A stretch of DNA of 32,000 bases from Candidatus Arthromitus sp. SFB-mouse-Japan (lineage in GTDB: Bacteria > Bacillota > Clostridia > Clostridiales > Clostridiaceae), in NCBI RefSeq assembly GCF_000270205.1, contig NC_015913.1, positions 1,470,001 to 1,502,000 of the forward strand. Reading direction: 5' to 3'. The position numbers and the translations under genes were made by a program. Numbering within the stretch: the first letter of the stretch is position 1; every line of letters begins with the position of its first letter. Of the stretch, positions 8,786 to 17,545 are shown piece after piece. The notes beneath the pieces are model-generated. The model did no database searches. It had not been told where the DNA came from and worked only from the letters and a program-made list of their open reading frames with translations.

Positions 8786-9487
8786 ATGAACAATTTAAAA
8801 TTTATAGCATTAAGTTTATCGTTAGGTACAATGACAATAATTCTTCCTTTCATAAACACACAAGCCCTACCTATATATGATGATACTAATGAAAAACAAA
8901 TAATTACTCCATTAAATATGTTTAATACTGAAAACAAACACATCAAAAGAAACCAAAAGGAAGAAATGAGTGAAATCTTAGTAAAATTATATAATAATTA
9001 TAATGCAATTTTAAAGAGAGGTCTGGAAATAAATGATGTGAAAAATTCAGATCTATATTTTAATATAACCAAACAAAAATCTAATATAAAAGAATTATTG
9101 TATAATATTATAAATTATCCGTACTATATTGTTAATTCAGAAATAGAACAGAATTTTTTAAAATCTAATATATCATTTTGCAACTTAAGTAAAATATATA
9201 TGCAAGAAGAAAATTTAAATCGCATATTCAATATTACAAATATAGATGAGATAAAATATGATTTAAATAATATATTAGATATTATAACATTATCCGTAGA
9301 TATAGTAAAAAATTTTGAAGGAGAATATAATAATGACTTCTTAAATGAAAGTACTCTCCATCTAAATTTCTTAGTTCATAATAACATATATGATATGGAT
9401 TCATTCAATGAAAATAAATATACTATTAAAAATTTAATAAATAAAATATCTTCATATATTGATAATATTTTAGTAGAATATAGATAA
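8786..9487 (+). CDS. Hypothetical secreted Asn-rich helical protein
   Basis: GGAGGT SD. Signal-peptide-like N-terminus MNNLKFIALSLSLGTMTIILPFINTQA|LP. I recognise no family motif. 72 nt downstream of the previous ORF with no hairpin between them, so probably bicistronic. Confidence 0.6.
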   Translation: MNNLKFIALSLSLGTMTIILPFINTQALPIYDDTNEKQIITPLNMFNTENKHIKRNQKEEMSEILVKLYNNYNAILKRGLEINDVKNSDLYFNITKQKSNIKELLYNIINYPYYIVNSEIEQNFLKSNISFCNLSKIYMQEENLNRIFNITNIDEIKYDLNNILDIITLSVDIVKNFEGEYNNDFLNESTLHLNFLVHNNIYDMDSFNENKYTIKNLINKISSYIDNILVEYR

Positions 9488-9488
9488 T

Positions 9489-9517
9489 AAAAGAGATGCT
9501 ATTTAAGCATCTCTTTT
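9489..9517. terminator. Bidirectional intrinsic terminator between convergent genes
   Basis: AAAAGAGATGC (9489-9499), loop TATTTAA, GCATCTCTTTT (9507-9517). 11-bp perfect stem with A/T runs on both sides. It sits between the stop at 9487 and the trxA stop at 9519. Confidence 0.7.
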
Positions 9518-9518
9518 A

Positions 9519-9827
9519 TTATCTATTCTTATTAACAAAATCAACTAAGTCTTTCTTTTGCATAGCACCAATAAACCTATCACATACCTCCCCATTCTTA
9601 AATAAGATAACAGTTGGTATACTCATAACCCTATATGTTCTAGCACTTGTACTCTCATCAACATTCATTTTAACACATTTTACGTCGCTAACTTCTTTAG
9701 AGAACTCTTCAAATATAGGCGCAAAATTTTTACAAGGACCACACCAATCTGCATAAAAATCTATCAAAACAATCCCTTTATGCTCTAAAACTTCTGTTTT
9801 AAAATTTGTATCATTAACCTGAATCAT
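9519..9827 (-). CDS. trxA: Thioredoxin
   Basis: Active site DFYADWCGPCK, 102 aa. AAGGAG SD lies inside the end of iadA. Confidence 0.92.
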   Translation of the reverse strand: MIQVNDTNFKTEVLEHKGIVLIDFYADWCGPCKNFAPIFEEFSKEVSDVKCVKMNVDESTSARTYRVMSIPTVILFKNGEVCDRFIGAMQKKDLVDFVNKNR

Positions 9828-9833
9828 ATTTTT

Positions 9834-11027
9834 TTACTCCTTAATAAAAGTTTCCTTAGCTAATATTTTACCTTCCTCCATCATCTTTTTACCATTTGAA
9901 AACACGTATTTTAACTCATAATCTTTATTATCTACAAGTATAAAATCCGCATCATTATATCTCTTTATTTCACCTTTATAATGTAATCCTAAAATATTAG
10001 CCACATTTTTAGTTACAATAGATATTATATCACTTTTCGGCAAAGAATTGCTAATTAATAATTCTTTAATTTCATTGTAAAGAGATTTTGGTTTTCCTAT
10101 TCCGATACCAGCAAACTTTCCATCATCACCAATAATAGGAAGACTACCTTGAGCATCTGAAGAACAAGTAATATGAGATATTGCTACTCCATCAGATATA
10201 ATATTTGGCAATATATTACTAACTCTTAATTCTTCTTCTTCTTTTATTCCTCTAACATAACTACTAGTTAAATCAAAGTATCCACCTTTTATTCCATATT
10301 CAATCGCACTATTTAAAAGTTTTTTATTCCTATTAACATGTGTTGGTATAATCTGATCCAAAGATATATCCTTATTCATACACAATTCAAATAAATATTT
10401 TAAACCATCTTCAGAATCTCCTATATGTATGTGGACAATACCTTTTTTATTTGCCAACAATCCTCCAACTCTTGCATCATAAATAACCTTAATAAATTCT
10501 TCAAAACTTGGTTTAGAAGATCTATAATCAGATAAAGCAATTTCTCCAACTCCAATTACTTTAGGAATTAGCATTAAATCACTCTTTATGCTATTTGTTA
10601 TAGTCTTAACTGGTATTTCATAAGATCCTGTATAGATATATGAGCTTATTCCTTCTTCCTCAAGTCCATATGCTTTAGCAAGTAAATTATTCATATTTCT
10701 ACATATACTATCCGTACCTAAACATCCAACAACTGTTGTAATACCACCAGATATTAGGTCAAAAAAATTAATCTCAGGAGTCCTACTCTTAAATCCAGAT
10801 TCTCCTCCACCTCCTGATATATGAACATGTGAATCTATAAGTCCTGGGAACATAATTAATCCAGTACCATCAATTATTTCATATTCAGTAAAACAATTAC
10901 CATACTTAAATTCATCATATATACCCTCTATTTTATTAAATAAAATAACAACATCTTTTTTCCCAATATTATCTGGAGAATATATTTCCACATTTTTAAC
11001 TATAGTTACAATTAAAATCGCCCCCAT
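9834..11027 (-). CDS. iadA: Isoaspartyl dipeptidase (beta-aspartyl peptidase), amidohydrolase superfamily
   Basis: PGLIDSHVHISGGGGESGFKSRTPE matches the IadA HxH...GGGGE signature. Length ~390 aa. No clear SD before the ATG at 11027. Confidence 0.82.
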   Translation of the reverse strand: MGAILIVTIVKNVEIYSPDNIGKKDVVILFNKIEGIYDEFKYGNCFTEYEIIDGTGLIMFPGLIDSHVHISGGGGESGFKSRTPEINFFDLISGGITTVVGCLGTDSICRNMNNLLAKAYGLEEEGISSYIYTGSYEIPVKTITNSIKSDLMLIPKVIGVGEIALSDYRSSKPSFEEFIKVIYDARVGGLLANKKGIVHIHIGDSEDGLKYLFELCMNKDISLDQIIPTHVNRNKKLLNSAIEYGIKGGYFDLTSSYVRGIKEEEELRVSNILPNIISDGVAISHITCSSDAQGSLPIIGDDGKFAGIGIGKPKSLYNEIKELLISNSLPKSDIISIVTKNVANILGLHYKGEIKRYNDADFILVDNKDYELKYVFSNGKKMMEEGKILAKETFIKE

Positions 11028-11043
11028 AAAAATAATATATAAA

Positions 11044-12669
11044 TTATTTCTTATTTAATATTTCTAATATTTGCTTTTTTGCTGGCAGAATAGATGTTGC
11101 AGACATAGAAAATTCATCTAATCCATATTCTAATAATTTCGGAATAGCCTCCTCATCTCCTGCCATTTCCCCACACATTCCTACCCATTTTCCTTCAGCA
11201 TGTGCTCCGTCTATAGTCATTTTTATAAGAGACAGTACCGATGGATTCATTGGATTATATAAATATGATACTTTTTCATTCATCCTATCACATGCAAGTG
11301 TATATTGAATTAAATCATTTGTACCAATGGAAAAAAAATCAACTTCTTTTGCAAATTCTCTGGCAGAAACTGCTGTAGAAGGTATCTCAACCATAATCCC
11401 AACTTCAATAGAATCACTTACATCATATCCCTCATTAATAAGTTCACTTCTACATTCTTCTAAAATTTTCTTACACTGTGTAAACTCCTCAATACATGAA
11501 ATCATAGGAAACATGATCTTAAGATTACCATAAATAGATGCACGTAAAAGAGCTCTCAACTGTACCTTAAATATATCAACTCTATCTAAACAAAGTCTTA
11601 TCGCTCTATATCCTAAAAATGGATTCATCTCTTCTCCAACATTTAAATAACTTAATTTCTTATCTCCACCTATATCCAATGTTCTTATAACAACAGGCTT
11701 ACCATTCATTTTATCAAGAACTTCTTTATAAGAATTAAATTGTTCTTCTTCAGATGGCATAGAATTTCTATCCATATATAAAAATTCAGTTCTAAATAAA
11801 CCTACACCATCAGCTCCATTTTCAATTACCTGATCTATATCTTTAACAGATCCAATATTCCCACATATCTCAATATGCCTCTTATTAAAATCATAAATTT
11901 TAATATCTTTTAATTCCTTTAATCTCTCTTTCTCTTCTTCATACATCTTTATCTTAGATTTAAATTCATTAATTTCACTATCACTTGGGTTTAAAATTAC
12001 AACTCCGTTGATACCATCAACTAAAATTTCATCTCCAGATTTGACAATTTCAGTTATATTACCCATCCCAACAATTGCAGGTATTTCCATAGTTCTTGCC
12101 ATTATAGCAGAATGTGAAGTCCTCCCTCCAATATTGGTTAAAAAAGCACATACTTTTGATTTATCCAATTGTGCTGTATCAGACGGTGTTAAATCATGTG
12201 CAACAACTATAGTGTTATATTCATTAATACTTACATCATTACTAATACCTAATAAATTTCTTATTATCCTATCTCCAACATCTTTAATATCTGTAGCACG
12301 CTCTCTCATATATTCATCATCAATACTTGACATTATTGATACTAACTCATTTCTAACCTCATCTATAGCATAATCTGCTGTTATAGCTTTACTCTTTATA
12401 ATATCCTTAGCCTTATCTATAAATTCAGGATCATCAAGTATCATCTGATGACTTTCAAATACTAAAGATTCCTCCTTTCCTACTTCAATTTCAGTCATCT
12501 TTCTTAAGGTCTCCAATTGTTCTCTAGTTTTATCTAAAGAAACATTTAATTTTTTTATTTCACTTTCTACATCATCAATTTTTGATTTATTAATTTCTAT
12601 CTTTATATCTTTCTTTATAAATGCTTTTCCTATAGCATACCCCTTAGAAGCCGCAATTCCCTTCATCAT
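11044..12669 (-). CDS. ptsI: Phosphoenolpyruvate-protein phosphotransferase (PTS enzyme I)
   Basis: GIAASKGYAIGKAF N-terminus. Phosphohistidine region GGRTSHSAIMAR. PEP-binding FRTEFLYM, FFSIGTNDLIQYTLA, CGEMAGD. The track start at 12708 is an extension; the ATG at 12669 has a GGGAGGA SD 10 nt upstream. Confidence 0.95.
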   Translation of the reverse strand: MMKGIAASKGYAIGKAFIKKDIKIEINKSKIDDVESEIKKLNVSLDKTREQLETLRKMTEIEVGKEESLVFESHQMILDDPEFIDKAKDIIKSKAITADYAIDEVRNELVSIMSSIDDEYMRERATDIKDVGDRIIRNLLGISNDVSINEYNTIVVAHDLTPSDTAQLDKSKVCAFLTNIGGRTSHSAIMARTMEIPAIVGMGNITEIVKSGDEILVDGINGVVILNPSDSEINEFKSKIKMYEEEKERLKELKDIKIYDFNKRHIEICGNIGSVKDIDQVIENGADGVGLFRTEFLYMDRNSMPSEEEQFNSYKEVLDKMNGKPVVIRTLDIGGDKKLSYLNVGEEMNPFLGYRAIRLCLDRVDIFKVQLRALLRASIYGNLKIMFPMISCIEEFTQCKKILEECRSELINEGYDVSDSIEVGIMVEIPSTAVSAREFAKEVDFFSIGTNDLIQYTLACDRMNEKVSYLYNPMNPSVLSLIKMTIDGAHAEGKWVGMCGEMAGDEEAIPKLLEYGLDEFSMSATSILPAKKQILEILNKK

Positions 12670-12857
12670 AATAAAGAATTCCTCCCATAAAATACATAAA
12701 AAAAACAATAAATTACTTTTAAAATTATATAATTATAATTCATTTTCATTTATAATAAATATACTAAAGTAATAAATATACAATAACTATTTTTACAATA
12801 ATAAGTGTAAAACTTTTCCCAAATATATTCAAGCACAATTATGACAAATATTTATCT

Positions 12858-13370
12858 CTATACTACTGAAAAAAAATATTTCCTAAGTTCTGAATACTTA
12901 CTACTTAAAAATTTTATTATTTGCTCTCTATTATGTTTTTTATTTATATCACAATTAATATATTCTTCGTTACGACATATAGGACAAATCCTATAATCTG
13001 AATTAGACTCACTTCTTTTTATAAATCTATTCTCTATTTTATCATATACCATATAAACTCCCAGCATTCCTAAGTCATCTTCATCCTCAAATACAGACAT
13101 ATCATGCTTTAAACTAAAGGAATCTTTATTTATAACAACAAATATTATAGGTCCTTCTTCATCACTCATAATCATTTTAAAAGTCATATAATCTCCATAT
13201 AATGACTCAAGCTTATCAATAATCAAATTTAAAATAGAAAGAGACACCTCTGCTTTTTTAACTTCCTTATAATAAATAGGTCTAATTATCACAATATTAC
13301 CTTCAGATTTTGCAAGCAAATTGTCAATAAATATACTTGATTGTATCTTACCTTTAAAATTAAATATCAA
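12858..13370 (-). CDS. Hypothetical cytoplasmic protein, acidic core plus C-terminal Cys/His motif
   Basis: TTG start 9 nt after a GGGAGG SD that lies inside the last codons of cwlD (6-nt gap). No signal peptide. Acidic stretches MSDEEGP and FEDEDDLG. C-terminal CPIC-x7-C-x5-H. I recognise no family. Confidence 0.55.
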   Translation of the reverse strand: MIFNFKGKIQSSIFIDNLLAKSEGNIVIIRPIYYKEVKKAEVSLSILNLIIDKLESLYGDYMTFKMIMSDEEGPIIFVVINKDSFSLKHDMSVFEDEDDLGMLGVYMVYDKIENRFIKRSESNSDYRICPICRNEEYINCDINKKHNREQIIKFLSSKYSELRKYFFSVV

Positions 13371-13376
13371 TATTCA

Positions 13377-14057
13377 TTACCTCCCATTAAAGTAATCATC
13401 AATAGCCATTCCTAAAGAATTACAAAATTCATATTGGTATGATTCATCCTTCAATTTACGCTCTTCCTCATCATTAGAGATAAATCCACATTCAACTATA
13501 ACGGATGCACCATCATAGCCATCCCTTAAGATTACATAATCATTTTTAACACCTTTTGGTTGTCTATTATGTTGTTGATTCAAAGTATTCTTAAATTGTT
13601 TGTGCATATTTTCAGCTAACTTTTTACTCTTCTCGCTATAAAATGGATACCATACTTGGGAACCTTTAGCAGAAGCATCTGGAAACTTATTCATATGAAT
13701 ACTTATAAAAACATCACAAGCAACCTCTCTTTTCATAATACATCTCTTATTTAAATCATCTCTTTTCTGCTGTTTAACACTTCCACCACTTGATAAAGAA
13801 ACATCGTTTTCTCTTGTCATAAATACCTTATATCCTTTATTTTCTAATATCTCCTTCAACTTAATAGACATCTCTAAATTTAAATCTTTTTCTAAAGTAT
13901 TATTTCTAGAAACAGCTCCGCCATCCATTCCACCATGACCAGGATCTATTAATATAACTTTTCCTGTATTATATATTTGTGCTTTTACATTAAAGGAAAG
14001 GCATGTAAATATAAAAATACATATCAAAAAAACTTTACATAAATTATATATTTTCAT
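13377..14057 (-). CDS. cwlD: N-acetylmuramoyl-L-alanine amidase, CwlD (germination-specific) type
   Basis: N-terminal hydrophobic anchor, then an Amidase_3 domain: VILIDPGHGGMDGGA, SIHMN, ECGFISN. Its position directly downstream of rplM-rpsI matches cwlD in Bacillus and Clostridium. Confidence 0.85.
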   Translation of the reverse strand: MKIYNLCKVFLICIFIFTCLSFNVKAQIYNTGKVILIDPGHGGMDGGAVSRNNTLEKDLNLEMSIKLKEILENKGYKVFMTRENDVSLSSGGSVKQQKRDDLNKRCIMKREVACDVFISIHMNKFPDASAKGSQVWYPFYSEKSKKLAENMHKQFKNTLNQQHNRQPKGVKNDYVILRDGYDGASVIVECGFISNDEEERKLKDESYQYEFCNSLGMAIDDYFNGR

Positions 14058-14124
14058 TTTTAAAAACTCTCCTACACAATCTAATCTCAGTTTTTATAAT
14101 TAACATTTTTAATTATTTTTATGT

Positions 14125-14163
14125 AAACTAAAATAAAGTCCGAACAAAATTTGTTCGGACTTT
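14125..14163 (-). terminator. Intrinsic terminator after rpsI
   Basis: AAAGTCCGAACA (14135-14146) pairs with TGTTCGGACTTT (14152-14163): 12-bp stem, 5-nt loop. On the minus strand it is followed by TTTATTTTAGTTT. It begins 20 nt after the rpsI stop. Confidence 0.8.
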
Positions 14164-14182
14164 ATTTTTAATAAAACTTATA

Positions 14183-14575
14183 TTATCTCTTAGAAAATTG
14201 AGGAGCTCTTCTAGCCTTCTTCAATCCATATTTCTTTCTTTCCTTCATTCTTGGATCTCTTGTTAAAAATCCTTCTTTTTTAAGAATTGATCTTAAATTA
14301 TCATCAACCTTAATTAAAGCTCTCGAGATTCCATGCCTTATAGCTCCTGCTTGACCTGTAAGACCTCCGCCATGAACATTCACCTTGACATCATAACTCG
14401 ACATAGTATTTGTTAAAACAAGTGGTTGATTAACTATATACTTTAAAGTATCTAATCCAAAGTAATCGTCTATATTTCTCTTATTTATTATAACATTACC
14501 ACTCCCAGGAACTAAAAACACTCTAGCAACAGATTTCTTTCTTCTTCCTGTTCCCATATACTGAATTTTACTCAT
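14183..14575 (-). CDS. rpsI: 30S ribosomal protein S9
   Basis: [12 protein letters not shown] start region and C-terminal [12 protein letters not shown]. Confidence 0.97.
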   Translation of the reverse strand: MSKIQYMGTGRRKKSVARVFLVPGSGNVIINKRNIDDYFGLDTLKYIVNQPLVLTNTMSSYDVKVNVHGGGLTGQAGAIRHGISRALIKVDDNLRSILKKEGFLTRDPRMKERKKYGLKKARRAPQFSKR

Positions 14576-14595
14576 CTACTAATCCTCCTCTCAAA

Positions 14596-15030
14596 TTAAT
14601 ACTTCAATTCCAACTTTACTGGATTCTGAGCTTGGTGATTATGCTCATTTCCCTTATATATCTTAAGTTTCTTAATTTGACGTCTTGCAAGAGGACCACT
14701 TGGTAACATCCTTCTCACAGCCTCATAAAATAAAAACTCAGGTTTTTTATCTAAAAGCTTATTGTACGAAATCTCCTTACGTCCACCTGGATAGCCTGTA
14801 TGGTAACTATACATCTTTTGACTAAGTTTTTTACCAGTTAAAACAATTTTATCTGCATTCAATACTATTACAAAATCTCCTAAATCCATATTAGGTGTAA
14901 ACTCTGGCTTGTGCTTACCTCTTAATATAGAAGCTATTTGACTTGCTGCTCTTCCTAAAACCATTCCTTCTACATCAACTACATACCATTGTTTCTGAAT
15001 ATCATTCTCTTTTGGTAAATGTGACTTCAT
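14596..15030 (-). CDS. rplM: 50S ribosomal protein L13
   Basis: [40 protein letters not shown] upstream. Confidence 0.97.
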   Translation of the reverse strand: MKSHLPKENDIQKQWYVVDVEGMVLGRAASQIASILRGKHKPEFTPNMDLGDFVIVLNADKIVLTGKKLSQKMYSYHTGYPGGRKEISYNKLLDKKPEFLFYEAVRRMLPSGPLARRQIKKLKIYKGNEHNHQAQNPVKLELKY

Positions 15031-15068
15031 AATATCCTCCTAACAAAAGTGATACTTCTTATTTATAA

Positions 15069-15088
15069 AAATCCGGGGCAGTGGATTT
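15069..15088 (-). promoter_or_regulatory. Hairpin in the rplM 5' leader (candidate L13 autoregulatory leader, or truA terminator/attenuator)
   Basis: Minus strand AAATCC-ACTGCCCC-GGATTT followed by TTTATAAAT. This is the only G/C-containing structure in the ~80-nt leader between the consensus promoter and the rplM SD. Confidence 0.35.
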
Positions 15089-15116
15089 ATTTTTCAACTT
15101 AATACATAACATTGCT

Positions 15117-15145
15117 ATTATAATAAAATTTAATTTCTATGTCAA
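15117..15145 (-). promoter_or_regulatory. Consensus sigma-A (sigma-70) promoter for rplM-rpsI
   Basis: Minus strand reads TTGACA (15145..15140), 17 nt spacer, TATAAT (15122..15117): perfect -35, optimal spacer, perfect -10. The -35 hexamer contains the truA TGA stop codon. Confidence 0.7.
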
Positions 15146-15882
15146 TTCTCATAAAAAACTTTTTTTAAGCATAAACCCTTTGCTTCGCTAACAAAACCTG
15201 CTTTATTCCTATTCCTAGATTTTATTATATGTTGAATATCTTGAGACTCAATTTTACCCTGACCTACCATTATCAAAGTACCTACAATTATTCTAACCAT
15301 ATTATATAAAAAACCATTTCCTAAAATATTGTAAATTATAATATTATCTTCCTTATAAATACTACTTTTAAAAATTATTCTAATCGTATTTTTTATTGAA
15401 GAATTACTACTCATAAATGCCCTAAAATCATGTTCACCTTCAAAATACTTACATGCCTTATACATAGAATTAAAATCTAATTCATATCTAAAATGCATAT
15501 AATATTGATATTTAAAAGGATCCATAACATCTCCGTTAAATATCTTATATTCATATTCTTTTTTCAAGGCATCATATCTCGAATGAAACTTTTCATCCAC
15601 ATAAAATACATCTAAAATTCTTATATCATAAGGTAAATAAGTATTTAATGCATTCTTTATATTTACACATGACACTCTAAAATTATCTAAATGAATATTA
15701 AAATAAAATTCTTTAGCATGAACACCAGCATCAGTTCTACTACATCCTATAATATTTACTTTTATTTTAAATATTTTGTAAAAAACATCCTCTATAACAC
15801 CCTGTATACTTATTTTTTCCTTCTGTTTTTGGAATCCATGATAATTTGATCCTAAATAACATATTTTAAAACAAATATTCAA
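15142..15882 (-). CDS. truA: tRNA pseudouridine(38-40) synthase
   Basis: YLGSNYHGFQKQ and catalytic GCSRTDAGVHA motifs. TTG start with AGGTGA SD 7 nt upstream. Confidence 0.93.
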   Translation of the reverse strand: MNICFKICYLGSNYHGFQKQKEKISIQGVIEDVFYKIFKIKVNIIGCSRTDAGVHAKEFYFNIHLDNFRVSCVNIKNALNTYLPYDIRILDVFYVDEKFHSRYDALKKEYEYKIFNGDVMDPFKYQYYMHFRYELDFNSMYKACKYFEGEHDFRAFMSSNSSIKNTIRIIFKSSIYKEDNIIIYNILGNGFLYNMVRIIVGTLIMVGQGKIESQDIQHIIKSRNRNKAGFVSEAKGLCLKKVFYEN

Positions 15883-15893
15883 TTTTATATCAC

Positions 15894-16685
15894 CTATAAA
15901 AAATAAATCAAAATAACAAATAATATAAACAAAATTAAACTTAGATAATCTCTAATATTAAATTTTAAAACTTTAAATTTAAATCTATCTTCACTTCCAT
16001 TATAACACCTAGATTCCATAGCTATAGCTAATTCATCAGCTCTCCTAAATGAGTTTATAAATAATGGTATTAAAATTGGTACTATATTTTTAACTCTACT
16101 TATAATACCACCCTTTTCAAAATCAACACCTCTCGATTTTTGAGCCTTAATAATCTTATCTGTTTCATTTAAAAGTATAGGTATAAATCTTAATGAAATG
16201 CTTACCATTAGAGAAATTTCGCCAACCGGAACATTTAACTTTCGCAAAGGATACATCATAGATTCAAATCCATCAGTTAATTCAACTGGTGATGTTGTTA
16301 ATGTCAAAATAGTAGATCCTAATATCAAAAATATTACTCTAAGACTTATAAATATTGAAGTTTCTATTGCTTTATCATATATACTCAAAAAACCTAATTT
16401 AAAAATCAAATTTCCTTCTCTAATAAAAAATACATTAAAAAATGCAGCAAATATTATAAACAAACTTACTACTTTTATGGAATTTAAAATATAATAAAAT
16501 TTAATCCTTGCACCCAATGTAATTAAAAATATCATAATTAAATAAAATAAATACTTAAATACACTATCAATAAAAAAAATACCAATAATATAAACAATAT
16601 TTAATATTATCTTAACCCTAGGATCTAACCTATGTATAAATGAATCAATCTTTAAATATTGTCCAATTATAATGCTTTCAATCAT
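15894..16685 (-). CDS. ecfT: ECF transporter transmembrane (T) component
   Basis: Polytopic membrane protein with a CbiQ/EcfT-type ARG...RRADELAIAMESRC coupling region. Its start overlaps the ecfA2 stop (TAATG). Confidence 0.9.
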   Translation of the reverse strand: MIESIIIGQYLKIDSFIHRLDPRVKIILNIVYIIGIFFIDSVFKYLFYLIMIFLITLGARIKFYYILNSIKVVSLFIIFAAFFNVFFIREGNLIFKLGFLSIYDKAIETSIFISLRVIFLILGSTILTLTTSPVELTDGFESMMYPLRKLNVPVGEISLMVSISLRFIPILLNETDKIIKAQKSRGVDFEKGGIISRVKNIVPILIPLFINSFRRADELAIAMESRCYNGSEDRFKFKVLKFNIRDYLSLILFILFVILIYFL

Positions 16686-17545
16686 TATTTACTCCTTTTA
16701 TATAAATAATTATAAATTAACTTCTCCATATTCTCTATATCTCTTGGACATTCCTTAATATCGATTCCATTTTTCCTCAATTCTAAAAACAACTTCACTA
16801 AATATGGCTTCTCAATATGATACTTATTACATAAATTTTCATCAGTAAAAATATCATATGGATAATCAAATCTCACAATCTTTCCATTATCTAATAACAT
16901 AACTTTATCAGACATACCAAAAACCAAATCCATAATATGTGTAACCATTATGATTGTTTTATTAAACTGTTTATTTAAATTCTTAATAATTAATTCAACT
17001 TCTTCACAACTCTTAGGATCAAGACCAACAGTAGGTTCATCTAAAATTATATAACTTGGGTCTAATACAAGTATAGATGCTAAAGATAATTTTCTCTTCT
17101 CACCTCCACTTATATCAAATGGATTTTTATCTTTATATTTATCAAAATTAAGGCATACCATATCCATAGCTCTTCTTATCTTGTTTTCAATTAACTCTTC
17201 ATTTTCTCCCCTAATTTTTAATGAAAAAGCAATATCCTTATATATTGTATCTTCAAAAAATTGATATTCTGGATACTGAAAAGAAAATCCAAACTTTTTC
17301 CTAATCTCTGCTTTATTTACTTTCTTATTCTTTACATTCAATGAATCTATAATTATATCCCCTTCAAATCCACTGAGTAAAAGATTCATAAGTTGAATCA
17401 ATGTAGACTTACCACTACCAGTATGACCAATAATAGAAATAAAATTTCCCGTATCAATTTTAAAATTAATATCATGTAAAACCTTTTTTTCAAAAGGGGT
17501 TCTCTTGAAATATGTATATCCTACATCCTTAAATTCAATTGACAT
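16685..17545 (-). CDS. ecfA2: ECF transporter ATPase component A2
   Basis: Walker A GHTGSGKST, signature SGGEKRKL, Walker B ILDEPTVGLD. Second of two tandem ABC ATPases downstream of rplQ. Confidence 0.92.
   Translation of the reverse strand: MSIEFKDVGYTYFKRTPFEKKVLHDINFKIDTGNFISIIGHTGSGKSTLIQLMNLLLSGFEGDIIIDSLNVKNKKVNKAEIRKKFGFSFQYPEYQFFEDTIYKDIAFSLKIRGENEELIENKIRRAMDMVCLNFDKYKDKNPFDISGGEKRKLSLASILVLDPSYIILDEPTVGLDPKSCEEVELIIKNLNKQFNKTIIMVTHIMDLVFGMSDKVMLLDNGKIVRFDYPYDIFTDENLCNKYHIEKPYLVKLFLELRKNGIDIKECPRDIENMEKLIYNYLYKRSK

Noticed and set aside
8725-8946. 73-aa minus-strand ORF overlapping the start of the secreted-protein gene and the upstream spacer.
   Set aside because: No SD, and it lies antisense to an ORF that has a good SD and signal peptide. 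Probably a chance open frame.
9496-9756. 86-aa plus-strand ORF antisense to trxA.
   Set aside because: It starts inside the terminator hairpin and runs opposite the unmistakable thioredoxin (WCGPC) frame. Shadow ORF.
12709-12857. Looked for a CcpA cre site, riboswitch or terminator in the 149-nt ptsI upstream region. Several -35/-10-like hexamer pairs are present (for example TTGAAT, 17 nt spacer, TACACT).
   Set aside because: No cre-like TGnAAnCGnTTnCA element and no stable structure. In sequence this AT-rich, multiple promoter-like hexamers occur by chance, so I cannot single one out.
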